Positions 9,428 to 19,688 are shown, numbered from the stretch's first letter. The stretch: DNA of 64,000 nt from an uncultured Coriobacteriales bacterium (GCA_902464015.1 CABQHM010000002.1:1147-65146), one strand, 5' to 3'. Numbers and translations are program-made. Notes: generated by a model from the letters alone, not told the origin.

Positions 9428-10253
9428 GGGCCTCCACTCCCAAAAAGCTGGACACATCGCTCAAGTATTCGGAAGCGATAGAATCGAGTGTGCCATCGAG
9501 GTACATTTCGGAGAGCGCATCGTCAAGACGCGCGTCAATGCCCCGGGAATCGTTCAACGCGAAAGCAAACCCCAAATTGACCGTCTGCAAAGGCTCGTCG
9601 AGGATGCGAAAATCCATCCCATAGTCGAACGCATACTTCTGGATGGCAATGTCATATCCGGCAATCGCGTCGACGTGCCCCTTGGCAAGCATCGGGTACA
9701 GCAACGAACGGTCTTGCAGACAATACAGCAGGCCAATCTGAGGCAGTGAACCCCCGTCGACGGAGTTGTCAAGGAAAACCTGCTCGGATGTAGAGGCGGA
9801 CTGGACGGCAACCACTCTATCCGCAAGGTCGTCCAAGGTCTGGATATCACTGTCTGCGACCACGGCAATCACCTGGCGGCCCTGCATGTACGGCCCCGCC
9901 CAGCGGTATTTGTCTTCGCGGTCCGTCATTGAGAAGCAGCAGGCAATGACATCTATTGAGCCCCTCTCAAGCAGCTCAGCCTTATCTTCCCAATTGATGT
10001 TGTGAAATTCGGGAACAAACCCCGTGCGTCTACAGGCCTCCGTGAGGATATCGACATCGATACCTGAAGGGCTGCCGTTTTCATCAAGGTAACTGAAGGG
10101 AGGATACACGCCAGTCCCCACAACAAGCACAGGGAGGTCATCTTCGGTTTTTTGCTCGGGCGCATTGGAAGAACAGCCCGCGAGAAGACATGCGCCAACA
10201 ACAGGCAAGCTCGCGCTTGCGCAGGCAACGAACAGCCTCCTTGTTAGCATGGT
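9417..10253 (-). CDS. solute-binding lipoprotein, SBP_bac_3 (polar amino-acid type)
   Basis: Signal plus lipobox (LLAGCSS). Family-3 periplasmic binding protein features. Lies immediately upstream of the kinase. Confidence 0.75.
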   Translation of the reverse strand, partial: TMLTRRLFVACASASLPVVGACLLAGCSSNAPEQKTEDDLPVLVVGTGVYPPFSYLDENGSPSGIDVDILTEACRRTGFVPEFHNINWEDKAELLERGSIDVIACCFSMTDREDKYRWAGPYMQGRQVIAVVADSDIQTLDDLADRVVAVQSASTSEQVFLDNSVDGGSLPQIGLLYCLQDRSLLYPMLAKGHVDAIAGYDIAIQKYAFDYGMDFRILDEPLQTVNLGFAFALNDSRGIDARLDDALSEMYLDGTLDSIASEYLSDVSSFLGVEAHDC

Positions 10254-10420
10254 CGCCTCCCCTAGCTCATCCGGCCGGGCAATAATACCAGAGGCCTGGT
10301 ATATACGACACGGGAAATATGAAGCCGCCGCCTGCCGGGTTGCGCAGGATATGCACATTGGAAAGAGAAGCGTCCCCTATCATCTGCGAAAAAGAACGCA
10401 TGCGGCGAGAAAGGACCGAC

Positions 10421-11641
10421 ATGACCCTGCACATTATCGAGGAGTCGCAGAGGTGCCTGCGCTGCAAGCGCCCGCTTTGCCAGGAGGCGTGCCCCGTGCA
10501 CACTCCCATCCCCCAGGTCGTGGACCTCTTTCGCGAGCGCCGCATCGAAGAGGCGGGAGCGTTGCTCTTCGCCAACAACCCCCTGTCGTTTGCATGCTCG
10601 CTCGTGTGCAACCACGGCGAGCAGTGCCAGGGAGCATGCGTGCTGGGGCGCAAGGGCTCCCCCGTGCAGTTCTGGGCCATCGAGAGCTATGTGTCCGACG
10701 CGTACCTCGACCGCATGCGACTCCAAGCCCCGCCGTCCTGCGGCAAGAAGGTCGCCGTCATCGGCAGCGGGCCAGCCGGCATTGTGGCGGCGTTCATGCT
10801 GGGCAAGGCGGGATGCGACGTCACCGTGTTTGAGCAGCGCTCCGAGGTGGGCGGCGTGATGCGCTACGGCATCCCGGACTTTCGCCTGCCGCGCTCGGCG
10901 GTAAGGCGTTTTCGCACCGCGCTCGAGGACCTCGGCGTCAAGATCCGCCCCAACACAGCAATCGGCGAGGCACTGCTTATCGAGGACCTCTTCCGCGATG
11001 GGTACGACTCCGTTTTTGTGGGCACGGGCACCTGGCGCGCCAAGACGCTCGGCATCCCCGGCGAGACGCGCGGCAACGTGCACTTTGGCCTGGACTACCT
11101 TGTGAGCCCGGACTCCTATGAGATCGGCGAGGATGTGGCCGTCATCGGCGTGGGCAACACCGCCATGGACGTGGCGCGCACGGCGTTTCGCCACGGCGCC
11201 AGGCGCGTGACGCTCTACGCGCGCTCGAAACACGTCTCGGCAAGTTCCGACGAGGTGGAGTACGCTCAGCTCGATGGAGCCGACATCGTGTACGGTAAAG
11301 CCGTGTGCGCCATCAACGAGACCGGCCCCGTCTTCAGGACGGCGCTGTTCGACGCCGACGACAAGGTGATCGGCTACGAGGAGGAGCTCGACCAGGTGGC
11401 GTGCGACACGGTGATCATCGCCGCCTCGCAAAAGCCGCTGAGCAAGCTCGTGTCCACCACCAAGGGACTCACCTGCGACGAGCGAGGTCTTCTGTGCGTC
11501 GACGAGCTGGGTCAGACGAGCGTGGAGGGCGTGTTTGCGGCAGGCGACGTGGTAACCGGGCCCAAAACCGTGGTGCATACGGTGGAGGCAACGAAGCGCG
11601 CCGTGGAGGGAATGCTCGCGTATATGGGAGTTGAGGTGTAG
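10421..11641 (+). CDS. NAD(P)H-dependent FAD/Fe-S oxidoreductase, glutamate synthase small-subunit (GltD/SudA/PreT) family
   Basis: N-terminal Cys cluster CLRCKRPLCQEACP. Two Rossmann motifs: VAVIGSGPAG and VAVIGVGNTAMD. ATG 10421 follows GAAAGGA. Confidence 0.8.
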   Translation: MTLHIIEESQRCLRCKRPLCQEACPVHTPIPQVVDLFRERRIEEAGALLFANNPLSFACSLVCNHGEQCQGACVLGRKGSPVQFWAIESYVSDAYLDRMRLQAPPSCGKKVAVIGSGPAGIVAAFMLGKAGCDVTVFEQRSEVGGVMRYGIPDFRLPRSAVRRFRTALEDLGVKIRPNTAIGEALLIEDLFRDGYDSVFVGTGTWRAKTLGIPGETRGNVHFGLDYLVSPDSYEIGEDVAVIGVGNTAMDVARTAFRHGARRVTLYARSKHVSASSDEVEYAQLDGADIVYGKAVCAINETGPVFRTALFDADDKVIGYEEELDQVACDTVIIAASQKPLSKLVSTTKGLTCDERGLLCVDELGQTSVEGVFAAGDVVTGPKTVVHTVEATKRAVEGMLAYMGVEV

Positions 11642-11704
11642 AGAACCGAAGGCACCCCGGTGCCGGGCCTTTTCTGCTAAAAGCTCGATATCTGCACTAC
11701 GAAA

Positions 11705-11745
11705 AAGGCTGCCGTGCGAGGTGAATCGCACGGCAGCCTTTGTTG
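11705..11745. terminator. bidirectional terminator hairpin between convergent genes
   Basis: 15-bp perfect stem AAGGCTGCCGTGCGA / TCGCACGGCAGCCTT flanked by an A-run and a T-rich tail. Confidence 0.7.
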
Positions 11746-11859
11746 GTTCGGACAGGGACGGGGCCCGTGCGCCTCGATGGCGCGGGGCAAGTTCGCCCTC
11801 ATACAACCCGAAGGTTGAACGTTCCGGGGAGCCCGAGCGCGGGCTCCCCGGATGGATCC

Positions 11860-14481
11860 TTAGAGCTGCTCGTTACGCTTGCGCGAGCGCAGGCCCAGGA
11901 AGAGGCCGGTCGCAGCAAGCGTGACACCGGCAGCGGCGGTCAGGGCCATGGCCTCGACAGGCGTCTCATCGCCCGTCTTGGGCACAGAGGGCTTCTCGGG
12001 CACAACGGACTTGTAGGCGTTGTTGAACAGCGCCGCAGCGCCGTCGGCCGTGGCAGTGGAGTACTCCACCGTCACAGGAAGCTTGCCGTCGCCGTCGTTG
12101 TCGTCACCCACGGTGAGCGTGACCGTCACGTCGGGGGCGTTGGTCCAGCCATCACCAGCGGGCGTGGTCTCGTGGATGGTGTACGAGAACGTCTTACCCG
12201 CATCGGCGAGCGCGAAGTCGACCGAGCCGAAGGAAGCCACAGTGGAGCCGACGGTGGTTGCAATCGTCTGCGCGGGCATCTTGGCCGCCGAGGCGTCGTC
12301 GTTGGCGCTCAGGGCAAAGTCGAACTTCTGGTCGGCAGCGGGAGCTGCGCCGTTGACCAGCTTGGCCACGGCAATGTCAGCGCTGCCGCAGGCCTCGTGC
12401 TTGTTGTCGAACTTGGCGGCAGTGCCATCGATGTCAGAGCGATCGTAGACAACCTCGGCCTTGAGCGTCTTGGTCGCCTCGTCGCGGGTGACAGTGACGG
12501 TCACCTTGACGTCGCCGTCGTTAGTCCAGCCGTCGCCCAGGTCGGACGTCTCGTGAATCGTGAACTCGTACGTACCGACCTTGTCAAAGGTGAGCTGATC
12601 GAAAACCGCCTCGGGTTTCTCGTCAGAACCCTTGATGGTGATCTCGTCGCCAAGCTGATTGCCGACCTTGTCAAGCAGCGTAAAGGTGAACTGCTCATGA
12701 GGCTGCAGCGGTCCGCCGTTCACGGTCTTGGTGACCTTGAGGTCAGCCGTAGCGGAAGCGGCATGGACGTTGTCGAACTGTGCGGCATCGACGGAGGAGC
12801 CGTCATAGGTGACCTTCGCAACGAGGTCGCGGCCGTTCTCGGCGTAGTCAACGGTGACCGTGACCTTGACGTCGCCGGCGTTGAACCAGCCATCGCCCAG
12901 GTCGGTGGTCTCGTGCACGGTGTACTCGTAGGTGCCGGGAGCGTCAAAGGTCAGCTCGCCGAACTCGGCAGTGCTGGTGCCATTGACGGTGATCTCGTCG
13001 CCGACCTGCTCGTTGTTCTTGTCGAGCAGCGTGAAAGTGAACTTCTCGTGCTCCTCGGCATTCTTCACACCGTTGACCGTCTTGTCGACCTTGACGGTGG
13101 CAGTCGCCTTCTGAGCCTCGTAGGCGTTGTCGAACTTGGCCGCAGTGGCGGAGCCGTCAAAGTAGGAGACGATGGCAGTAAGCGTGTTGTCATCGCCGCG
13201 CTCGCTCACCGCAACGGTCGCGATGACGTCGGGGGCCTTAGTCCAGGTGCCTGCACCCTCCGTGAGCTCGGTCACCTCGTGAATGCGGTAGGTGTAGGTC
13301 TTTCCTGCGTCCTTGTCGGATAGCTTGGCCGTGGCGAAGGCAGCGGAGCCGTCCTCGCCGGTGGTGACGTTGGCGAGCGCGGGCGCGCCCTCGTCGGCGG
13401 AGGTGGCGGAGAACTCGAACGTCTCCCCCGCCTTGGGGGCGGCGCCGTTGACGGTCTTGCTCACCGCGAGCTGGAACTCGCCCGTCACCACGAGGGTGTC
13501 GTTCTTCTTGTTGGTAATGTTGAAGGAGGTCGCCGGGCTGGGTTCAGCAATGCCGAGCGCCTTGGCCTTGTCGAGGGCCTCCTGGTACTTCTCCTGGCTG
13601 TAGGTGCCTTTGAACATGAAGTATGTTCTGTCGGTAGAGCGCTGATAACCCGCAGGCGCCTGGGTCTCCACAAAGTAGTACAGCGTGCAGGCAAGCAGTG
13701 GCTTGTCCGCGGAGCCGAATCGCACCACGCCGTTTGCGTTGCTCGCCTGGGTTTCCACAAGCGTTTCGGTGCCGTCCCAGGCAACCTGGTACAGCTCAAA
13801 CGTTGCTCCTTCGAGGGCTTTCTTGGCATTGGCGGCATCGAACTTCGTAATGGTGATGCCATGGCCCGAGCCCTCGGTGGTGGCTCCAGCCTTCACGACC
13901 GTCCACATCTTCTCATGCGAGGTCGCGCTGTTGGCAACACCGGTAAGCTCGGCGCTGTTCGTCAGGTTGACCTGGTCGCCGGGGTTTCCGGCAGGCTGCA
14001 CCTGATACACCACATCAACCGCACAGGAGTCGGGAATGGTAACGGTGAGCCTTGTCGCACGGGCGCCACTGGCAAGCGTAACGTTCTCAGTGAGGGTGAG
14101 GCAATTGGGAACCTCAGTGGTCGTGCCTTGGTAATACACATGGAATGTGGCCGGCAAGTACGTGCACTTGGGGTCCATCGTGTCCACAAGCGTCAGAGTG
14201 TCAGAGCCCGGCACGAGGTCGACCGCGCTCTTGTTCACCGAGATGGTATACTTGATGTAGGAGCTGTTGGGCACCTGTTCGGCAGACTTCTTCATGATCT
14301 CGTTCGTGCCCTCGTCGGTCTTGAAACCAGCGGGGAAGGTCTGCGTGCCGGCCTGAGCGTATGCCTTGTTGGTGAACTGCACCGCCGAACCGGTGTTGCC
14401 CAGGGCAGAGCTATGCACGGTAGTCTGATACTGAAGCTCAACGTAATAGTTAACGTCTGCCTTGACGCCCTCATGAGGCAC
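11860..14481 (-). CDS. sortase-anchored surface adhesin/pilin-like protein (CnaB/SpaA-type domain plus four Spy0128/FctA-like repeat domains); no signal peptide, probably 5'-truncated
   Basis: C-terminal sorting signal VPKTG (11971-11985) followed by a hydrophobic helix and RSRKR tail. Repeated TVNG...FTFTL...YEYTVHET...GW...V.VTVT modules. The ORF begins at GTG with a stop just upstream and no export signal. Confidence 0.8.
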   Translation of the reverse strand: MPHEGVKADVNYYVELQYQTTVHSSALGNTGSAVQFTNKAYAQAGTQTFPAGFKTDEGTNEIMKKSAEQVPNSSYIKYTISVNKSAVDLVPGSDTLTLVDTMDPKCTYLPATFHVYYQGTTTEVPNCLTLTENVTLASGARATRLTVTIPDSCAVDVVYQVQPAGNPGDQVNLTNSAELTGVANSATSHEKMWTVVKAGATTEGSGHGITITKFDAANAKKALEGATFELYQVAWDGTETLVETQASNANGVVRFGSADKPLLACTLYYFVETQAPAGYQRSTDRTYFMFKGTYSQEKYQEALDKAKALGIAEPSPATSFNITNKKNDTLVVTGEFQLAVSKTVNGAAPKAGETFEFSATSADEGAPALANVTTGEDGSAAFATAKLSDKDAGKTYTYRIHEVTELTEGAGTWTKAPDVIATVAVSERGDDNTLTAIVSYFDGSATAAKFDNAYEAQKATATVKVDKTVNGVKNAEEHEKFTFTLLDKNNEQVGDEITVNGTSTAEFGELTFDAPGTYEYTVHETTDLGDGWFNAGDVKVTVTVDYAENGRDLVAKVTYDGSSVDAAQFDNVHAASATADLKVTKTVNGGPLQPHEQFTFTLLDKVGNQLGDEITIKGSDEKPEAVFDQLTFDKVGTYEFTIHETSDLGDGWTNDGDVKVTVTVTRDEATKTLKAEVVYDRSDIDGTAAKFDNKHEACGSADIAVAKLVNGAAPAADQKFDFALSANDDASAAKMPAQTIATTVGSTVASFGSVDFALADAGKTFSYTIHETTPAGDGWTNAPDVTVTLTVGDDNDGDGKLPVTVEYSTATADGAAALFNNAYKSVVPEKPSVPKTGDETPVEAMALTAAAGVTLAATGLFLGLRSRKRNEQL
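12000..13476 (-). repeat. four tandem ~120-codon domain repeats inside the adhesin gene
   Basis: Protein-level repeats start at AVSKTVNGAAPKAGETFEF, KVDKTVNGVKNAEEHEKFTF, KVTKTVNGGPLQPHEQFTF and AVAKLVNGAAPAADQKFDF. Confidence 0.75.
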
Positions 14482-14734
14482 AGGATATTGTGTCCTTTAG
14501 CTTGCTCACGTGCCGTTTCAACACCGGTACCGATCACTTTCCCGCTTGCCGAGGTTTAACGACATGAAAAAATCCCGCATCGGTTCAGAAAAGACCATAC
14601 GACCGACACGGGAGCAACAAATATTAGATTGTGAATGTACTCTGCGTGAATTAAGCGCGTCCGACAAAGCGGGCAGTGGCGGCAGACAGCACGCAGATGC
14701 AGGCGCGCTGCAACAGGCGAGTCAAATTGAGCCC

Positions 14735-16225
14735 TTAGCGCTTATCGGCCAGCGGGTCGAGGAGCTCGACTATCTCGGATCGAGAGTGCACTCCCGTCTT
14801 GTCATAGATATGACGCACGTGCGTCTTCACCGTGGAAGGCGACAAGTAGAGCTTTTCCTGGATGTACTTGAGCGTGTGGCCGGTGGCCCAAAGACGAAAA
14901 ACCTCAGTCTCGCGGGCAGACAGCATATAAGACGAGGCAAGCTCGCCGATACGCTCGTCGAGCGAGGGCTGAACCGCCTGCGCAACAACGGGGCCTTCAG
15001 TCCTAGACGGGCACGGCCCATCGCATGGGGAGCCTGCCTGAACCTGCGCAGTACCCTCCCCGCCATCAGATGCCGGGGCCACGTCGGCAATATCGGGATA
15101 CTTGCCCATCTCGCCTGTAAAGAGAAACGCCGCCGCCCCCACGAGCAGCGCGACAACCACAATGAGCAGAACGCCTTGATTTACGAAGCCAAACACGCTC
15201 AGTACACCCGCAAGGCCCTCACCAATGTGACCCGCCAAGCAACCTGCGGCGTACACGAGTGCGGCTGGAGCCGTACCACGAGCACGCGCGAGAAGCGCCA
15301 ATTCGGCCATAAGCGTCCATGCCACGATCTTCACGCCCACAAAGGTGATGACAACGGCAATTTGCGCGCCTTCGGCCCATTCGGAAAGCAGGAACGCGGC
15401 AAGCACCTGGCCCACCATGAGTATCTTGTAGAGGCTCGTGAGCGCGACGCAGCCGTGCAGCAAGATACACGTAGCCATGACAACCACGCTCGTGAGCACG
15501 GCCGCAATGGCAGTCTGCCAGGTAAAATAATCAAGTGGGGCACCGGACTGGGCAAGCGTGGACCCAATGGCGAAATATGTGATGCCGATTGCCGCAAGCA
15601 CACGCGCAGGAATGGCCTCCAGCGTCACGCTTACCAGTTTCGCCAGCGGCACAGGCATACCCTTGGCGGGCCCATCCGACGCCGGGGAGCGCACAGGCTG
15701 CACCACGAGAACGAACACGGCTAGAGGCAACAACGTCTCCACGACGCATACAATCTGCAAGCCCATTTCTGCCACAACCGTGCTTCCCAGATAGGCAAGC
15801 ATATATGAAACCGAGGCGTAGACCACCGCGCGCCCGGCGCTTATCTCAGCGTAAACTTCACCGCACGCCACCAATAAAAATGCAAAGGCAACCGAGAACA
15901 CAGCCGTGGGCACCCAGTCGATGCATTCAGGCAGCCATGCCACCCCGGAAAAATGCAAGAACGACCCCGCGCTCGAAAGAAACGCGCACACGCCCAGAAG
16001 GGCGACGCGGCAGCGCATCGGGGAAGCCGTGCACGAGCGAGCAACCAGCCAAGCAGCCGCAAAACCCACCACGCTGAACGCCATGGAGGCCATGCGCGAG
16101 GCAAAGGGAGCGCTCAAAAGAACGCTGCCCGACCCATCGAGAAACAAGATGTTGCCCCACAGGGTACACAGGGCAAGCGCCAGCGCACGGCCGAGATGCG
16201 ATGTTTCGTTTGCGCCCTCTTGCAT
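14735..16225 (-). CDS. membrane-embedded LuxR-family transcriptional regulator
   Basis: Multi-TM N-terminus. C-terminal HTH LSARETEVFRLWATGHTLKYIQEKLYLSPSTVKTHVRHIYDKT. ATG 16225 follows GGGGAGGG. Divergent from the reductase at 16507. Confidence 0.85.
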   Translation of the reverse strand: MQEGANETSHLGRALALALCTLWGNILFLDGSGSVLLSAPFASRMASMAFSVVGFAAAWLVARSCTASPMRCRVALLGVCAFLSSAGSFLHFSGVAWLPECIDWVPTAVFSVAFAFLLVACGEVYAEISAGRAVVYASVSYMLAYLGSTVVAEMGLQIVCVVETLLPLAVFVLVVQPVRSPASDGPAKGMPVPLAKLVSVTLEAIPARVLAAIGITYFAIGSTLAQSGAPLDYFTWQTAIAAVLTSVVVMATCILLHGCVALTSLYKILMVGQVLAAFLLSEWAEGAQIAVVITFVGVKIVAWTLMAELALLARARGTAPAALVYAAGCLAGHIGEGLAGVLSVFGFVNQGVLLIVVVALLVGAAAFLFTGEMGKYPDIADVAPASDGGEGTAQVQAGSPCDGPCPSRTEGPVVAQAVQPSLDERIGELASSYMLSARETEVFRLWATGHTLKYIQEKLYLSPSTVKTHVRHIYDKTGVHSRSEIVELLDPLADKR

Positions 16226-16506
16226 TCTTTGCCCTCCCCTTAGTGCGTCTATCACCGAGACAGAAAGAGTACTCGCAGGTAGAAGATTGTAATCGACCCT
16301 CAGGGTCGATGCAGCGCTCAAGAAGCCCCAATGGGTGAACATCCGCTCTTTCTCACATCATCGCCCATCGAACCCGATAAGAGAACCCGGTCTGCGCCTA
16401 CAGTCACAAATGTTCAGCGGCGGCAAGCCACACAGCAAGCCGCACGCACAGCCTAAAGGGCGCACGCAATCGTGCGGCCTCCCACTTTCTGAGGAAAGGA
16501 ACCACC

Positions 16507-18249
16507 ATGAGCAACGTCTCTCGCAGGTCGTTCGTCAAAGGCGCAGGTCTGACCGGTGCCGCCGTCGCCGCCAGCGCCGCCCTAACCGGTGTCGCCGTCG
16601 CCGACGAGGCCGCCGAGGCCGAGGTCACCTCCGCCCCCGATTACAGCTCCTGGCTGCCCGCGGAGCCCGAGATCTCCGACGACATGGTGGAGGAAGAGGT
16701 CGAGGCCGACGTCATCGTCGTGGGCGTGGGCGACTCCGGTTGCTGCGCCATCCGCGCCGCCGCTGAGGAGGGCGCGACCGTCCTGGCCTTTGAGAAGTCC
16801 GAGACCAAGAACACCACCGGCCAGGGCTGCGCCGTCGTGGGCGGCAAGGTGCAGGAGACCTGGGGCCGCGGCGACGGCTTCATGGACAAGTACGAGCTGG
16901 CTGAGAAGCACATGAACGAGTGCCTTTACCACAACAGCCTGCCTATCTTCATGCGCTGGGAAAACGAGATGAAGGACGTCTTCGACTGGTTCATTGCCCC
17001 GTCGAACCCCTACATCGCCCCCGAGAGCTTCGCTGAGATTCCCGAGGAGAACCGCTCCAACTACATCTTCCCCTTCTTCTATCCTATGCTGGAGAGCTAT
17101 GACTGGACGAAGGAGGCCCTGCCCACCTACCCCACCACCATCGGCATCTCCAACCTTCCGCAGATGATGGCCGACACGCTGGCTGAGGCCGAGGCCACCG
17201 GCAACGTCGACATCCGCTACGGCCACTTCGGCACGAAGCTCATCATGGAGGACGGCCGTTGCTGCGGCGTCTACGCCCGCAACGCCGCCACCGGCAAGTA
17301 CGTCAAGGCGACCGCCAAGGGCGGCGTCATCCTCACCTGCGGCGACTATGCCCACGACACCGCCATGCTCAAGTACTTCGTGCCCTCCGTCGTGGAGAAC
17401 GAGGTGCCCGTCATGAACCCCACGATGGACGTCGAGGGCAACTACACCGCCACGGGCGACGGCCACAAGATGGCTGCTTGGGCCGGCGTTGCGCTGCAGC
17501 AGTGGCACGCCCCGATGATTCACCACATGGGCGGCGGCGCCGGTATCGGCGGCCGCGGTGTCATCGGCAACAACGGCTATCTGTGGCTCAACCTTGCCGG
17601 CAAGCGTTTCATGAACGAGGACCTGCCCGGTCAGCAGCTCGAGAACCAGCTTGAGAAGCAGCCCGGCCACATGGCCTACCAGTTCTTCGACGCCGCTTGG
17701 CCCGAGCAGCTCCAGTACTTCCCGGCCGCCCATGGCACGGCTTGCTACTACCGCGACGAACCCCTGCCCGACTACACCGCCAACGGCCTCAAGATTTCCG
17801 TCCGCTGCCCCCAGGACATCCAGGACGGCATCGACTCGGGCCAGTGCATGACCGCCGACACCATCGACGAGCTGCTCGCCCAGCTCGACGGCATCGACGT
17901 TGAGACCGCCAAGGCTTCCATCGAGCACTACAACGAGCTGTGCGATGGCGGCTTCGACCTGGACTTCGGCAAGAGCGCCCAGCGCCTCTTCGGCCTGACC
18001 ACGCCTCCCTTCTACGCCGTGCGCTGCGAGGAGGCCAACATGCTCGTGTGCCTGGGCGGCATCGTCTCCGACGAGGAGGCCCGTGCCTACGACGAGGCCG
18101 GTCAGATCGTCCCCGGCCTGTACTGCGCCGGCAACATGCAGGGCAGCCGTTTCGCCGTGGAGTACCCCATCTGCCTGAAGGGCGTCAGCGTCTCCATGTG
18201 CATCTTCTACGGCTACGTCGCCGGCAAGAACGCCGCCGCCGCGAAGTAA
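16507..18249 (+). CDS. TAT-exported FAD-dependent oxidoreductase (fumarate reductase/Cgr2-like flavoprotein family)
   Basis: Twin-arginine signal SRRSFVKGAGLTGAAVAASA. FAD motif DVIVVGVGDSGCCAIRAAAEEGA. C-terminal GLYCAGNMQG. RBS GAGGAAAGGA. Confidence 0.85.
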   Translation: MSNVSRRSFVKGAGLTGAAVAASAALTGVAVADEAAEAEVTSAPDYSSWLPAEPEISDDMVEEEVEADVIVVGVGDSGCCAIRAAAEEGATVLAFEKSETKNTTGQGCAVVGGKVQETWGRGDGFMDKYELAEKHMNECLYHNSLPIFMRWENEMKDVFDWFIAPSNPYIAPESFAEIPEENRSNYIFPFFYPMLESYDWTKEALPTYPTTIGISNLPQMMADTLAEAEATGNVDIRYGHFGTKLIMEDGRCCGVYARNAATGKYVKATAKGGVILTCGDYAHDTAMLKYFVPSVVENEVPVMNPTMDVEGNYTATGDGHKMAAWAGVALQQWHAPMIHHMGGGAGIGGRGVIGNNGYLWLNLAGKRFMNEDLPGQQLENQLEKQPGHMAYQFFDAAWPEQLQYFPAAHGTACYYRDEPLPDYTANGLKISVRCPQDIQDGIDSGQCMTADTIDELLAQLDGIDVETAKASIEHYNELCDGGFDLDFGKSAQRLFGLTTPPFYAVRCEEANMLVCLGGIVSDEEARAYDEAGQIVPGLYCAGNMQGSRFAVEYPICLKGVSVSMCIFYGYVAGKNAAAAK

Positions 18250-18299
18250 GGACCGAGCGCACCGCGCGGTCTTGTGCGGTGCCATAATTCACCAAGCGC

Positions 18300-18340
18300 A
18301 AAAAGCCGGGGCAGTCAGACTGACTGACCCGGCTTTCTTG
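18300..18340. terminator. bidirectional intrinsic terminator
   Basis: AAAAGCCGGGGCAGTCAG / CTGACTGACCCGGCTTT hairpin. A T-run follows on both strands. Lies between convergent genes. Confidence 0.75.
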
Positions 18341-18389
18341 TAATACATTCAGGCAGGTATACCAGGCAAAAGGCCCACGCGGGCAATCC

Positions 18390-19688
18390 CTACTTCACGG
18401 CCTCAAAACCGTGCTCGAGGTCGGCGAGGATGTCGTCAATGTGCTCGGTGCCAATGGAAAGTCGAATGGTGTTGGGATAAATACCGCCGGCACGCAGCTC
18501 TTCCTCGGTGAGCTGGGAGTGCGTGGTAGAAGCGGGGTGGATGACGAGGCTTTTGACGTCAGCCACATTGGCGAGCAGGCTAAAGAGCTCGAGGCTCTCG
18601 GTGAACTTCTTGGCCGTCTCGGCATCGCCCTTGATCTCGAAGGTAAAGATGGGTGCGGCGCCGTTGGGATAATAGAAATCGTAAAGCTCCTTGGCACGGC
18701 CCGTGGCCAGGCTCGGGTGGTTCACGCGCTCAACCTGCGGGTGGTTGTTGAGGAACTCGACGACCTTAAGGGCGTTCTCCACGTGGCGCTCAACGCGCAG
18801 CGAGAGGGTTTCCAGGCCCTGGAGCAGCAAGAACGAGTTGAACGGCGACAGCGTGGCGCCCTGGTCGCGCAGAAGCGTAGCACGGGCCTTGGTGATGTAA
18901 GCGGCTGCACCGCACGCGTCGGTGAACACGACGCCGTGGTAGGAGGGGTTCGGCTTGGCCAGGCCCGGGAAGCGGTCGGCATGCGCGGCCCAGTCGAACT
19001 TGCCAGAGTCGACAATCACGCCGCCCATGACCGTGCCGTGTCCGCCCATGAACTTGGTTGCCGAGTGGACTACGACGTCTGCACCGTGCTCGATGGGGCG
19101 CAGCAGGTAGGGCGTGGAGAACGTGGCATCCACGATGAGCGGCAAACCATGACGGTGGGCGATTTCGGCCCAACCCTCGAGATCGAGCACGTCGGAGTTG
19201 GGGTTGCCGAGCGTCTCGGCATACAGCAGCTTCGTGTTGGGCTGAATGGCGGCCTCAACAGCGGCAAGGTCGTCGGGACCTACGAACGTGGTGGTGAGCC
19301 CCTGCTCCACGAGCGTGTTGCCGAAAAGGTTCACCGTGCCACCGTACAGGTTGGTGGAGGCCACGATATGATCGCCGGCCGTTGCGATGTTCTGCACGGC
19401 AATGGTGATGGCAGCTGAACCGCTGGCGACGCCGAGCGCCCCCACGCCACCCTCAAGCGCCGCAACGCGTTCCTCGAAAACCGAGGTGGTAGGGTTGGTG
19501 AGGCGCGTGTAAATGTTGCCCGGCTCGGCGAGGGCAAATCGGCCAGCCGCCGTGGCGGAATCCTTGAACACGTAGGATGTGGTGGCGTAGATAGGCACCG
19601 CACGAGCGTCGGTGGCGGAGTCGGGGCTTTCCTGGCCGGCATGGGTCTGGAGGGTCTCAAAACGGTAGACATGCTTGGATTCGGTCAT
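18390..19688 (-). CDS. metY: O-acetylhomoserine sulfhydrylase (PLP-dependent Cys/Met metabolism enzyme)
   Basis: 432 aa. Typical MetY N-terminus (FETLQTHAGQ...) and PLP-lysine region SATKFMGGHG. Confidence 0.85.
   Translation of the reverse strand: MTESKHVYRFETLQTHAGQESPDSATDARAVPIYATTSYVFKDSATAAGRFALAEPGNIYTRLTNPTTSVFEERVAALEGGVGALGVASGSAAITIAVQNIATAGDHIVASTNLYGGTVNLFGNTLVEQGLTTTFVGPDDLAAVEAAIQPNTKLLYAETLGNPNSDVLDLEGWAEIAHRHGLPLIVDATFSTPYLLRPIEHGADVVVHSATKFMGGHGTVMGGVIVDSGKFDWAAHADRFPGLAKPNPSYHGVVFTDACGAAAYITKARATLLRDQGATLSPFNSFLLLQGLETLSLRVERHVENALKVVEFLNNHPQVERVNHPSLATGRAKELYDFYYPNGAAPIFTFEIKGDAETAKKFTESLELFSLLANVADVKSLVIHPASTTHSQLTEEELRAGGIYPNTIRLSIGTEHIDDILADLEHGFEAVK

Noticed and set aside
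11740-13323. 527-aa plus-strand ORF
   Set aside because: It is antisense to the adhesin gene, has low-complexity G/V/L/D composition, and spans a terminator hairpin. I judge it to be an artefact.
16582-18285. 567-aa minus-strand ORF
   Set aside because: It is a shadow of the FAD oxidoreductase gene at 16507-18249. The same reasoning applies to 1285-2382, 3379-4602, 7175-9358, 10262-11806, 18411-19418, 20286-21905, 26823-28181, 29074-30552, 46029-47549, 52913-54706 and 58642-59655.
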